From Lingula anatina (lineage: Eukaryota > Animalia > Brachiopoda), in contig CM120649.1 of the NCBI GenBank assembly GCA_051362555.1, positions 10,974,001 through 11,038,000 of the forward strand: DNA of 64,000 bases, written 5' to 3'. Position 1 is the stretch's first letter; the number at the start of each line of letters is the position of its first letter. A program made the position numbers and the translations under genes. Below, one piece after another: positions 15,189 through 27,556 of the stretch. Below the pieces are notes generated by a model. The model did no database searches. It had not been told where the DNA came from and worked only from the letters and a program-made list of their open reading frames with translations.

Positions 15189-17849
15189 GGGGGGGGGCAC
15201 ATGCCTTATCCAGTTCCAGACATGACTGTAATAATGCTGCTTGAGGAAATAAACTGAACTTGAATAAGTTATCATAACTGAACATTTCACTTACGTCTTT
15301 CAGTCGTTTTAACACTACAATTCCACACCCCTCTCCGCGGGCATATCCGTCAGCTTCGGCTGTGAAAGCCTTACATTGGCCTGTCGGGGACACCATTCCT
15401 GACTTGCTAAGTGCAATATTAGCATACGGATTTAAAAAGCAGCTAACTCCCCCGCACACCACCATGTCGCAGTCTCCTGTAAGGTATGGATTATGGTTTA
15501 ACTGTGTGGGTTTACGGGGTGGGGTCACGTGCGTACCCTCTGCACGTATGCTTTGGTATGCTACAAGGTTATGTTTACTATGGGCATACAATTTTAATTA
15601 AAATCAGAACTTTCCTTCCTTACTTACTTAAGTTTTGATTTTGCGTAAATCGGCTGCCTATTAATTTAAATATACACCACATCAATACGTTTTAACTGAA
15701 AAGTATGTATATACAACCAGTTTTAATGGGGTATACCAGCTCTGGGGGTCTGCCGCTTGATGGCCTGTAAGTCCTAAATCTCGCGTAATCTCGAACGCGG
15801 TTTCACACCATCCTTCATCACGGATATTGTAAACACGCATCGCTGAATGCAAGTTATGCCCCTATTTCACACAGACCACGAATCCCACGAATCGCCAGGA
15901 ATTGACAAATTTCAGGATTCGTGAGGATTCATGAGATTTTGCCAATTTTCTGGTCTAATTCGACACGTTCTACGATTCAGTTACGATACAGGTGCGATAG
16001 TGTTACGAATATTCGTGGGATGCGGCTGGAGTCGTGAGATTTTGCCAATTTTCTGCTCTAATTCGACACGCTCTACGATTCAGTTACGATACAGGTGCGA
16101 TAGTGTTACGAATATTCGTGGGATTCGGCTGGAATCGCACGAATATTGTCCAGAAAGTCACTACGATTTTTTGGAAGCGGGAGTTCGTGGCCGAAATTTT
16201 GAACAGCTCAAAATTTTTGCCACGAGTTCCCGATTGATCAAGAATTGCAAGAACTGACTACGAAAGAAAGAACTGACGATTATATACGAATATGTTAAGA
16301 ACTCCACGAACTGTTTACGATTCTGAATACTGATACTGAAATTTTCGATTCCTGGCGATTCGTGGGATTCGTGGTCTGTGTGAAATAGGGGCATCAAAGT
16401 TTTTGTCCCTAATTCCTGTTTGTCAAGAAGTGCAAGAACTGACTACGAATATATACGAATCTGTTAAGTACTTCACGCACTGATTACGATTCAACCACGA
16501 ATCCTGAAATTTGTCAATTCATGGCCATTCGTGGGATTATTGGTCTGTGTGAAATAGGGGCATTAACCGAACGCGTTTCCGTGACAACGAGAAGCATTTG
16601 AAAATTATTTTTTTTCTTTTTACATCGTTCATGAATAATACGGTTACTTGCTATTTTTTTAAAAATCATTTGTGCAGGTGTATGTGTGCATGAAATCTGA
16701 TAATGTTTTTATTTGCATTGGTATGCTACGCTCAAATTTGGGTTATGTCGTCGCTGTATACATACATGTATATCACTGTCAGTGGAAATAAATATGGATA
16801 TATAATTGCCGATATAAAGGAAATCTGTTTAATTGACTTTTTAAATTAATTTCTGTTGACGTATCTAAAATGAATGAATACGACGTGAAATATGCCAACA
16901 ACATAAACTTGCATACCTTTGATCAAATATGTTGTCTCATCTCCAATTTGATGTGCCTTTTTTTACAAATAATCACCTCACATGTGTAAAGTGCTGTAAA
17001 CCGTGTTTATTATTCCAGAAACCATATCAAACATTATAAATGGTATACAAATACAAAATACTGGTAAAAGTATCTATATTTTATACCATTTATTTTGATT
17101 TATAGAGTGTTCCCTCTAAAATCCGATGTTCCACTGCAGAGAAGAAACAAACAAACAAAAAAAAAAATGTTTATGATGTTGAAGACGAATACCATTTTTA
17201 ATGGCATGTGTAGCATATACAGAATTAAGAGAAAAAATATCTGCATGTGAATAATCCTACTAAAGAAAGTTTTTTTTAAAGATGCATACAAAGTCAATTT
17301 TTTTGTCATAAAAACCAAACAAATGCTAGCATATAGTTTCAAGTAGTATAACTAAGGGAATTACCAAAATGCATTGTTTAATTTACCCGAAAATGATGTT
17401 TGAATGGATTTTTCTGCTAGCATTCTATGCTGTATGTCAATGGGCCAGAAAAGTAGGTCACGAAAGTAGGTTAAATTTCCGACCAAACATTTAAAGAAAG
17501 AAGCAGTCTAAAGCTCTTTTATGGCTGATTGAGTGATCTATTCAGTTTTTCCCTTGGCATGTCAAATTTATTTGAGTCGTATAAGAAACTAGTAGAAGTG
17601 GTGTACATATGTTACTGGGAATACACATTCCACCGATGCTCGGTTCGTATGTACCTTTAAGATAAATTACCACAAAAGACACAAATTTAATCTCTAGTCT
17701 AGCTGCTTATATATTTAATGCTTTTATTTGGATCACTGACAAAAATGAATAATCCTTAATACTTCTAATGGACTTTACTATTATTATTATTTTTATTTTT
17801 ATTATTACTATTATGTACTATGGGCCGGAGGCCTTGAAAAACTGAATAA

Positions 17850-17901
<52 letters not shown>

Positions 17902-18708
17902 GAAACAACACCCTTATAATCTGGACCAACTCCTTTATGGTCTTTAGGAAGAATGGGACTATATCCCACAAAACAAAACTATAACGCTGTTGGAGGCATA
18001 CCGTGCAGCCTAGGTGAGAAAATTTTCGTGCGCAGTAAACACACGCGCTATTAGACACGTGTGTAAATTTGGTGTCTTTTGCTGGTGTCTTTTTAATTTA
18101 ATGGACATTTGTTTACCTTTGTTGAAGTCCTTATAGAAAATCAGATTTGAGGGGACACATATATAGCTTCAAACAAATATTATTAAATCACTTATAAAAT
18201 GTTATAAAATATTATAAAAGCATCTTCACCGATATTTAATTTTTTCTGTACCATAATTTTGATATGTAACTATTATCTGGAATAAAAAGCATAGTGTAAA
18301 AAAGTTTACAGATATGAGGTGATGATAAATAAATAAAAGCAAGCGGAATGGGAGTTTATTAAGATTTGGCAAGATTTAAATCCACAGGTACAGATATTTT
18401 TAGATTATGAAATCGCATAGATTAATTACGTCTCTTATAAAGGCATTTTAATTGTAATTATGAAAGAAGACCTCAAGTGTAACTTCTCAACATAATATCA
18501 AAGCAAATCAGCACAAACGAATATTTTTTACCTGAAAATTATTATTTTTACAAAATTTTGTCCCATTTGACCTTGAAATATAGATGAAAAGTCAAATCTA
18601 TGGTCATATTTTAAATCACGACACATGACTTTTGGTCCGACCTCTTTAGTAACTTTTCCATGATTCCTTCGGTTTGGGAGATATTTAGCTTTTACTATTC
18701 AAAATATA

Positions 18709-18762
<54 letters not shown>

Positions 18763-19912
18763 AGAGTACATTTTGGGAAAATGGTCCGATCAAGCCGATT
18801 GTCAAACAAGAATGCCCTCATACTATCTTTTCACCGTATGTGGAACGCCATCACTTCGCAAACGTTACAGAACTTTTAACTTCACGCATGGAGGCAACAG
18901 GTGGGTTCTCCAACCGAGAAGATACTGTGCAAAATACTAAAAGGTGGCTTTAATTTTGTACTATGGTTAGTTTATTCATTGGTTTTACAATCAGTAATTT
19001 TTTGTGAAGAGCATTCTTTTAGGAGTTGAATAAAAACATTATGGTTTATGACATTATTTTTTGTATCACTTTATGCATTACGTTAGGGTGAAACATTTTT
19101 GGTAGGGGAGTATTTCAAAGCAATTCCTACATCACATGCTATGCGCAGTTGTACAACATTGGGCGTATACAAACGGTTTCTCCTGTATGCTTTGTATAAA
19201 TCCTTGCGTATCCTTACCGTTTTGTAAAGCATTTGAAGCCGCATTTATGGCAACTAGTGACGAGGAACAGGCAGTGTCTATGGTCATAGAGGGACCTCGA
19301 AGACCAAAGACATACGAAACCCTGGCTGAGAGTATGCTACTTGACACTCCGGTCACTGAGTACTCATTTATGGCTGCAAGATCTTGCATGATGTCTTTGA
19401 AACCATCGTTCATGCTACCTGAATAGTTTGGGGAGATATAAAATGGTCAGTTAGTTTCATTTGGTCATAATACAAGTTAAAAGATCGTTTTGCAGCGGTA
19501 CCACATTCACTACTCCAGCGGCTGCCACATATACTGTAACATCGAAATATTGACTGAAAAAATTGACTTATATTTTGATTACATAATTGAACATTGTTAT
19601 ATTGCCATATGATCAGAAAATGTTACAATTTAAGTTATTGGAAAGTTCGGCGTACAGCAACTTTGGGTGTTAATAAAACGGGGGGAATGGAAAATATTGA
19701 TGTATTCAGTTACACTATACCTATGTATACGCCTGTGTTGCTATCACGGACGGTTTCAAGCGGAATCCCAGCATTTTCAAGTGCCATATAGCAGCAGTCC
19801 AGAACCCATCTCTGCTGGGGGTCCATGCGCTGTGCTTCCTCATCATTTATGCCGTACATATCATTATCAAACCACTCATAACTGGGGGAAAAGAGGATAA
19901 AAGACTTACAAA

Positions 19913-19981
<69 letters not shown>

Positions 19982-20346
19982 GAACCAATTTTACTCATAT
20001 AATATGTATGTTACAGAAATATCATTTAATTTCATTTGAGAAATTTAGCTAGATCACATATATATGTAATTATGACAACGTGTTACTGACACAAAAAGCA
20101 TAGTAATTCAGTCACTTCTTTTATTAAGTAAAGTTACTTTTTGATGACTCCAGCCCTTTTGATGCATGTCTTCCCGGTCGAGAGCCGATCAGAATCATAG
20201 TACAGGTCATTATCCCAACGATCTTTGGGGATATCCACAACGTGATTTTCGCCATTGCACAACACTTTCCAAAACTCGTCTAAGTTATCTGCGCCGGGAA
20301 AACGACACCCTACTCCGACAATGGCTAAAGCATTGAGATCCTCCAT
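7504..20346 (-). CDS. PKS-A: spliced iterative type I polyketide synthase, KS-AT-DH-psiER-KR-ACP-C (about 2580 aa)
   Basis: Hand-spliced exons 20346-20138 (acceptor at 20352), 19881-19721, 19418-19218, 15476-15295, 14888-14714 and 14318-7504. All introns are GT-AG and phases join into one 7743-nt frame. Motifs: [23 protein letters not shown] (KS Cys), [24 protein letters not shown]; AT GQSVG and AYHS; [13 protein letters not shown] and HPSVLD; KR GGLTGLG and GQTNYGAGN; ACP GFDSL; C domain HHIAVD. Confidence 0.93.
14714..14888 (-). CDS. PKS-A KS exon (ALENNDNIW...YVEAHG), 175 nt
   Basis: ccag acceptor and gtaagt donor; same size as the PKS-B exon 50514-50688. Confidence 0.92.
15139..15197. 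repeat. (GT)n microsatellite plus poly-G in a PKS-A intron
   Basis: Direct reading. Confidence 0.9.
15295..15476 (-). CDS. PKS-A KS exon ([11 protein letters not shown]...[20 protein letters not shown]), 182 nt
   Basis: acag acceptor and gtaagt donor; canonical KS DGYxRGEG motif. Confidence 0.93.
15857..16563. mobile_element. Harbinger-like MITE with internal ~103-bp tandem duplication and a duplicated right end, in a PKS-A intron
   Basis: Left TIR tgcccctatttcacacagaccacgaatccc; right TIR copies end at ~16393 and ~16563 (gtgtgaaataggggca); tta flanks. Confidence 0.75.
17849..17901. repeat. (ATT)n microsatellite
   Basis: Direct reading. Confidence 0.9.
19218..19418 (-). CDS. PKS-A KS exon with catalytic Cys ([16 protein letters not shown]), 201 nt
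   Basis: ttcag acceptor and gtaagg donor; DTACSSS motif. Confidence 0.94.
19721..19881 (-). CDS. PKS-A KS exon (YEWFD...MDPQQRWVL...TGVYIG), 161 nt
   Basis: cccag acceptor and gtatag donor; MDPQQR motif. Confidence 0.92.
19915..19976. repeat. (TA)n microsatellite next to a PKS-A splice acceptor
   Basis: Direct reading. Confidence 0.9.
20138..20346 (-). CDS. PKS-A first identified coding exon ([19 protein letters not shown]...)
   Basis: ATG at 20346, 6 nt after a ttaag acceptor; gtaact donor. An unrecognised upstream exon is possible. Confidence 0.88.
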
Positions 20347-21270
20347 TGACTCCTTAATGTTAAAAAAAAAAAATAAATAAAAAAGATAACTGCTACAGCA
20401 ACACATGAATAGTAGTGCGCAATGGTTTTTGTTTCTGTAAAATATCTTTTCCAACAATCATAGATCATTTAATTTTCTCACCGTCTGTTTACATAAAAAG
20501 GCTTCATTCATAAATGCACACGTTAATGATAAAATTAGTGCTATCTGTCATTTGGAAAGAAAACCGTTTTTTTTTGTGTCAAATTGAATCCAATACTCTC
20601 AAATGTGTGGAAAATTACCAGGTACATGTATGGAAATTTTACAAGGCAAAACATCTCAGCTGCAACAGCAGACAATACTCTTTGGTTCAACGGTCACAAA
20701 TTTACAATACGTACAGGGCCCCGTAACTGCATAACTGCTCAAGCACTGCCACTTGAGCCAAAAATGTCGACAATAATAACTGCGGCCCTGGTAGAGGATA
20801 CCGATAGTGCGTATTGCCAGCGTACCGAGTCTTATAAACAACCAATAATTAACAGCACTTAAATCTTGTCTTGTACTCCCCACAGGGATAGATCGATCTA
20901 AAATCTATGGGAATGGGGTCTTAAAGAAGGTCTTAATACACTCTCAAATAAAAACAGGCCGCATAAGATAATTTAAATGGCTTTAAAAGTTACATATATC
21001 GTTTTTATGAGCCAAAATCAAAAAAGGACCTTATTTAAGGATTTTGCTGCACCCCCTTCAGGCAAAGGGTTTATGATTGATTCTTCTAGTTAAGAACCTG
21101 AATTTTTCATTTCTGCTTGTCTCCGACTTGAAAAAGTAACCGTCTGTACCGGAAACAAGCAAAATCCAAGATGTTTACTTAATGTATAGTGAATGTCTTG
21201 TGCTTGTGTGTGTGTGTGTGTGTGTGTTTGCATATGTATTTTTGTTTGTCTTTTGTGAATACAGTAAAAA

Positions 21271-24200
21271 AAATCCAAGGTGGCCGCCAATAAATTCATA
21301 TGTCATATGTAAATACTATAATTGATTTTAAAGTTACTTAACAACTAAATATTATCAAAATTTTCACTGATTACAAGCACTCAGGCCTTTTTCAATTTTT
21401 CAGGCATTTTACATTTTTCAAGATGGTGACCGAATCCAAGATGGCAACCTTTTTACTTCTTTTGTGAAAAAATACAAATATCAAAATTTGATTTTTTTAC
21501 TAATCATTAATAAGGAGCATTTTACATGTTTTGATGGATTTAAGTTAGTTGAAGTCTTTATGTTCAATTTATACCAGTTACTTTACCTTAAAATTGTTCA
21601 TTTGAACACAGATGACTCAAATCCAAGATGGCCACCACACAAAATGGGCTTTTTTCTTTTAACATGTCAACAAGCTATTTTTACTTTAAAATATCTCAGA
21701 CTTCTCAATGAAGGATTTATTGCACAAGTTATGGGATGAAATGTATGAATGAATAATTTTAATTGTTTTGAGGCTTTGTTCAGGGTTGAAAGATCCAAAA
21801 TGACCGCCAATTTCTGAATTCAAAATCTGCAATATTTTGATTTGCATGTTGAAAAACATCAAATTGAATGATAAGCAAATTAAAATATATATATATATAT
21901 ATTCTTTTGCTTCATTGATCTTTATTACTACTAAGACTCTTTACTCTGCCCAAAAGTGGTTATGTTTTCTTCATTTATTATGATTCCAAGATGGGCATCA
22001 ATTAAATTTAACTGCAGGTTACCCGTGTGGACAATACCATATACAGTATCTGTGCTTTATTGCCAAAGTTATGGAATGAATAATTTAAATTGTTTTGAGG
22101 CTTTTTTCAGGGTTGAAAAATCCAAAATGGCCGTCAATTTCTCGAGACATACTACAATTTGATTTGCATGTTGAAAAACATCAAATTGAATAATAGGCAA
22201 ATAATAAATACATATATTTTGATAAACTGCATTGTCCTTTCACAGTATAGAATCTAATATTGCAAAAAGGTAATTACTTAAGCTTCAGTCATCAAAAATA
22301 TCCAATATGGCAACCAACAAAAATGTATTTGAGGTTACCATGGATGAATACACACTACTGAGTCGTAACTTTATACATGCATGTATTTATGCCTGTTCTG
22401 AAGAGAGCTCAGTGAATCTCAACTGCTTTGATTAACTGGTGTTATCTTTGACAGAAATTGATGCTTAACACACAAGGGACAGCTATTTTTTTCAGCATCA
22501 ACCATTTTGGTAGGTAAGGTGACAATTTTCAATAGTGCAGACAAAATGGCCAAAAAACCCTAACAAGAGTGACATCATTTACAATTAAAGGACCCATAGT
22601 TTGTTATATGCATTTTTTCATGTTTTTAGGGCTATAAAATCTATTTTTCATATGTTAGCACTTCCATTGTTACATTCCAAATGGATTTGGGTTACTGGTA
22701 CATTGCTTGTTGAAAGTTCCCTGTCAAGTTTGACAGAAGAGCCAGGATCTCAGTCAAAAAAGGACTTACTAGAGATATGATGTAGGTGTAAATCATAAAG
22801 AAGAATCATAACTATCCTAAACTCAAGCAACCAAGCAGTGAAAATATTTAATTTATCAGAAAAAGGGATGGATGACATGCATCTGTAGCTTTGTTCTACA
22901 TGTATAAAGCAGGGAACTAATCTCTATCATAAACTGAGACCAGCAAAGAAGTTGCAAAATATATCCTATGTTCGGATCTCCAAGAACATCTTTTATCTAT
23001 TTAGGTAGAGCATTTCAACAGAACAGTGTTGGATAATAATGCATTCAAGGAACTTATGAAGTGGTGTTGAAGGGATCACCTTTATTCTATTCTGTAGCCT
23101 TCCAAAAATTTCCACTGTATTAAACAAAACTAGATGGATTATTGCATGAAAAAGAGATTCAATTTTAAATCTAGAAAGATACAGAGCTTTCATTCTTAAT
23201 CAGCTCACTATAATGTGGGATTTTTTCTCATTTGTCGCCATCATCGATTTATGGCAATTTAATAAAATATGATGAATTTAAGGAAATATAAATGGTCAAA
23301 GTAGCAAGAAAGGCCTGGTTGGTACATGCTACATTAAAATATATGTGACAGTGGTTTTAAAATGTTTATCTTATTTCCCTATATATATTATCAGTAATGG
23401 ATCAGATAAATAGGCATATTTAATGTACGTAATGGCAGCCATCTTGAATATTGGAATATAAAAATATGCGAAATGTGCTTTGCAAGAATTCAAGGAAAAA
23501 GTTATTTAATAATAAGTTAAAAAAGCACATAAATCTGCATTTTAGTAAGGCTCACAGCATGTAGTATTGTCCACACGGGTAGCCTGCAGTTAATTTTTAT
23601 CCATGGTCATCTTGGAATCATGATAAATGAAGCTAAAATTGCCATTTTGGCAAAATAAAATGCCTAAGTAGCAGAAGGACACTGCAAAACAGATAAATTT
23701 ATTACAAAATATGCTTTTATTTTGCTTTTCATTCACTTTGATGTTTCCAACATGCAAATCAAAATAATGCAAGTTTTGAATCCAAAAATTGACGGCCAAT
23801 TTGGATTTTTCAACCCTGAACAAAGTCTCAAAATAAATTAAATTATTCAGTCAAACATTTCATCCCATAACTTGTGCAAAAAATCCTTCATTGAATAGTC
23901 AGAGATGTTTATAGTAAGAAAGGCTCGTAAACATAAAAAAAAATGTTGTGGCCATCTTGGATTAGAGCCATCTGTGTTTAAATACAATTTTAATATAAAC
24001 TATGGGGTATAAATGAGAAATAAAGACTTCAACTAATTCAATTTCATCAAAACATATAAAATATTCCTAATTTTTGGTTAATTAAAAATTTCAAATTTAG
24101 GGATTTGAATTTTTCACAAAAAAAGGAAATTGGAAGTCATCTTGGATTCAGTCGCCATCTTGAAAAATGAAAATTGCCTGAAAAATTGAAGAAGGCCTAA

Positions 24201-24476
24201 GTACTTGTGATCAGTGCACATTTTAATAATATTTCGTTAAGTAACTTTAAAATCAATTTTTGTATTTACATATGACAAATGAATTTATGGGCGGCCATCT
24301 TGGATTTTGCAGTACAGTACAGTATTTAAGTAGAGCTTCATTGCATCTTCAACAATGGTTTAGTATGGTATGGCCTTTTTGGACTGCCATAATCATATGG
24401 GACATAAAAAAATAATAATGGATCATTTTTCATAAACCATCACAAATTTTGTGACAATTACTGAAATGTTCCACTA
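21271..24476. mobile_element. Foldback-type DNA transposon relic with ~750-bp inverted arms rich in ccaagatgg motifs (possibly Academ-like)
   Basis: 21271-22035 is the reverse complement of ~23560-24306. The right end gttccacta resembles TAGTGG-type termini; the left terminus was not found. Confidence 0.6.
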
Positions 24477-24898
24477 ATTACGTTAAGCATTTCATAAATA
24501 CAAAAAATTGATGTATCTTTAATGGAAAAGAAAAATAAAGCTGAAAATATTGCTAAAAACCATTAGGAGTATAACACTTTTAGAGCTTGAAATAATTTTA
24601 ACCTCTTGTCTTTACGTCATGTTATACACATACCACGATGATGTTTGTTCAGTGTCGCCCTTGTTATCAAATTACAACAATGGTATTCATTTCGTATATC
24701 AGATTATATTGTTTATGAACGGTTCGCTGTAATTGAACAGAATTAACCAAAGGTAAAGATAAAACTGAACAAACGGTATAAGTAGCTTATCTCAGTGCTC
24801 TATCATTAATTAATTAACCAAACTATCTTTATATGTAGTTTGATGAATAATAATGATGAAAGCGCGGGGTGGTGTTACATTCCTCATACATATACATA

Positions 24899-26343
24899 TG
24901 CTGACAGTCAATGAAAACGCATCAGAAAACTTTCCTGTACTTTTTTACCGAGAATCGATTCCCACCATATAAACGAGTACAAATGCACTTGTTTGGTCAT
25001 AAGAGAGTAGGCTGACAACTCGGATGTTTAAAATTTCCGCTTCAGTGATTTTGTGATCAGCTGTTACAAAATCATGTGTTTTTCCTGTTTCGTGATTGGT
25101 GTGAATTAATCAGGTTCAATATATGGTGATTAATTAAGCCTATTTAAAGCCTCGGTCACAACCGGTCGTACGGGCTCTTACGGCTGTTTACGTCCAAATT
25201 TTGCGCAGAATCTCACTTCCCACGCAAGTCCTTCTTACGAAATTTCGAGTTTGCAGACAGCCCGTAAGCACGTAGATGTTGGACATGTCCAAAAGATTCT
25301 ACGAATAGCCTGCGAACAGCGAGGCCGCAAGCGTAACTTGCTCCCCTCGCACGGAGTTAGCAAGAGGGACACTCGTTGTGCAAGACGCATGTCGCAAGCA
25401 ATGAAGGAACAAGTGCCCTTTGCGTGTTGAGCAAGGTGCACGCCCTCACAACTAACGAACAAAGTCGAGAGCACACCGGGAATGCGTCGAACGTGCGTCA
25501 CCCCCACGCCTGGTGTATAAAAGGCGTGCTCACGACGCACGCTCGTGTCTTTACAATGAACGTCGACTGTGTAATGTGTAAAACATTTTTCAAAATTTTC
25601 AAATTTTTGCTCAATTTAGTTTCTAATATGCCTCCAAAAGGCAAGAGAAAGAATCTTACATAGTAGAAAAGAGGGAGGAGGAAGAAGAAAGAAGAGGAGA
25701 ACAGGAAGCAAAACTGACGTACGCCGCCAGTACGTCACCACAAACGTATGAGGCAAGTGTGAAGCAAAACTGACGCAAAAGGGCACTACTTTCACCGTGC
25801 GTTGCATTCCCTTCGTAAGTGGTGAGTGTGTGCCACGTACACAGGAAGCAAGACAAACTCAAGAAATGAGTACAATTTCCACGGCCATCGCTCCTTGCAA
25901 TTAGCGTCCCTGCTTGAAAGGACATCTCATGTGGTCCTTGCGACTCGCAAGGCAGACTTTCCTCTACCTCTACGACCTCCACGGCCTCCGCAACACCCAA
26001 AAATCGCAGGGGCCGTACGATCATAAAATTCGTGCGTCCGGTTGTGACCGAGGCTTAAGGTAGTCACCAAATCCAGTATGACACAAGACAAAAAGGTTCA
26101 GTGATGCCACGTCTGACACTGGAAGAGCGACTGCGGGCCCTGGGGATGCTGGAGGCTGGGCGGAACCAAAGATATTTGATCACTTGACCTAAGATTTTAC
26201 TGATCTTTTCTGACCTTTATTTCACCTTGTGTTACTGAATGTTGGGTAATATTTCACACGAAAACCGTAATTTTCTTAATGTGCCAAAGGAACTTAAAAT
26301 ATTATTTGATAAACAAAAGATGCGTTTTCATTGACTGTCAGTA
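24899..26343 (+). mobile_element. Internally deleted Tc1-like element
   Basis: TIRs ctgacagtcaatgaaaacgcatc / gatgcgttttcattgactgtcag with TA flanks; transposase N-terminus MPRLTLEERLRALGMLEAG at 26104. Confidence 0.8.
25148..26055. mobile_element. Non-autonomous PIF/Harbinger element nested in the Tc1 element
   Basis: TAA|agcctcggtcacaaccgg ... ccggttgtgaccgaggct|TAA: perfect 18-bp TIR and 3-bp target duplication. Confidence 0.85.
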
Positions 26344-27380
26344 TATTAACAATGTGTCACGCCCTACACCCAGAACCAGATATAGAGGTGCAATAAGGTC
26401 ACAGACATGCTCTTAAAATATTTAGTGCACAGATTGCAAACTATATGTGATTATTTTAGGGTCCATGAAGAAGTTTTTATCAAAGTTTCGATCTCCTGGA
26501 ACCATGAAAAAAATTAATCGTCTAACCCCAAGAGGGAACATACGCTACTGTCACAAATGCAAAACGTCCAGCTTTAGAAACGTTTTACACAATTCAATAA
26601 TCACTGCTTTTGTTCATTTATTTATCTCTTACAAGTATAACGTTGTACAAATATAATCTACTGTATAGAGCAGTTAATTGTTTTTGAGTGACTTTAGTTT
26701 GCTTGTCACTGACTATTAAAAAAGGGGGGAAATACACCCTACTGAAAGTTAAATAAGCATTTTGTAAACTTTTTTCCATTCGTGGTCCAAATATTGTATC
26801 AGAAATGTCAAACCATCATGGAATCACAAATTTTCAGTCAGCATCAGCAAACCCTGTTTCCTATTGCACCATGTAATTGAGTAAGATGAAATTTTCTAAC
26901 TATTTTTCTGGGGAACACACGTTACATAGTATTAGCCATGACGCAAAGCCCCTTGAGTTACAGTTTAAATATTATAAAAAATATCCTAACGCCATGTATA
27001 ATTTACCATGACTGAATCATTACACGCGATATAAAAATTAGAATTGAATAACCCGGAACATACGTTACAATTAAGGGTCTTTACAAAATGTCAAAACATG
27101 GTAAAAAATAAATATTAAATTAAAAGTGATTTTTGTTCTATACTCATACATGTTTAAAAAAATTGAATAAAACTTAACACTTCAGCATGTGAAATACACC
27201 TCTATATTGAGTTTGGGTACTTAATTCCACTTGCCGTATCTTAGAAGGGCAAGTCCTGCTGATACTACAGGTGTCCACTCCATTTGCACGAAAGCGTCAG
27301 CATTATTGGTAGAGATTATGATTTATTGCCCATTTTGGTCCCATTAGTTTGCCTGTGCGCAGCATTATGCAAAACATAAT

Positions 27381-27556
27381 GGGGCCTGTTAAGAACCAGT
27401 TGATCCGCTCACTAACTATTGTCGCAGAACAAATATGGTGTGCACTTGACAATGAATTCCCGTCTCCCAGGCGCACCGTCCCTGCAGGAGCAGAGGGGTT
27501 AATCTCGACATGCTTTTAAGTGGGCGGGGTCATATTAACTGGTTCTGAACAGACCC
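27381..27556. mobile_element. Short palindromic MITE
   Basis: gggcctgttaagaaccagtt / aactggttctgaacagaccc. Confidence 0.55.

Noticed and set aside
15931-16257. Repeated ORFs or CRISPR-like repeats
   Set aside because: A simple tandem duplication inside a MITE; no repeat-spacer array and the context is eukaryotic.
27235-27283. Possible PKS-A first exon (MEWTPVVSAGLALLRY, GC donor)
   Set aside because: Phase 1 does not fit the phase-0 acceptor at 20352, and similarity to the PKS-B mini-exon is negligible.
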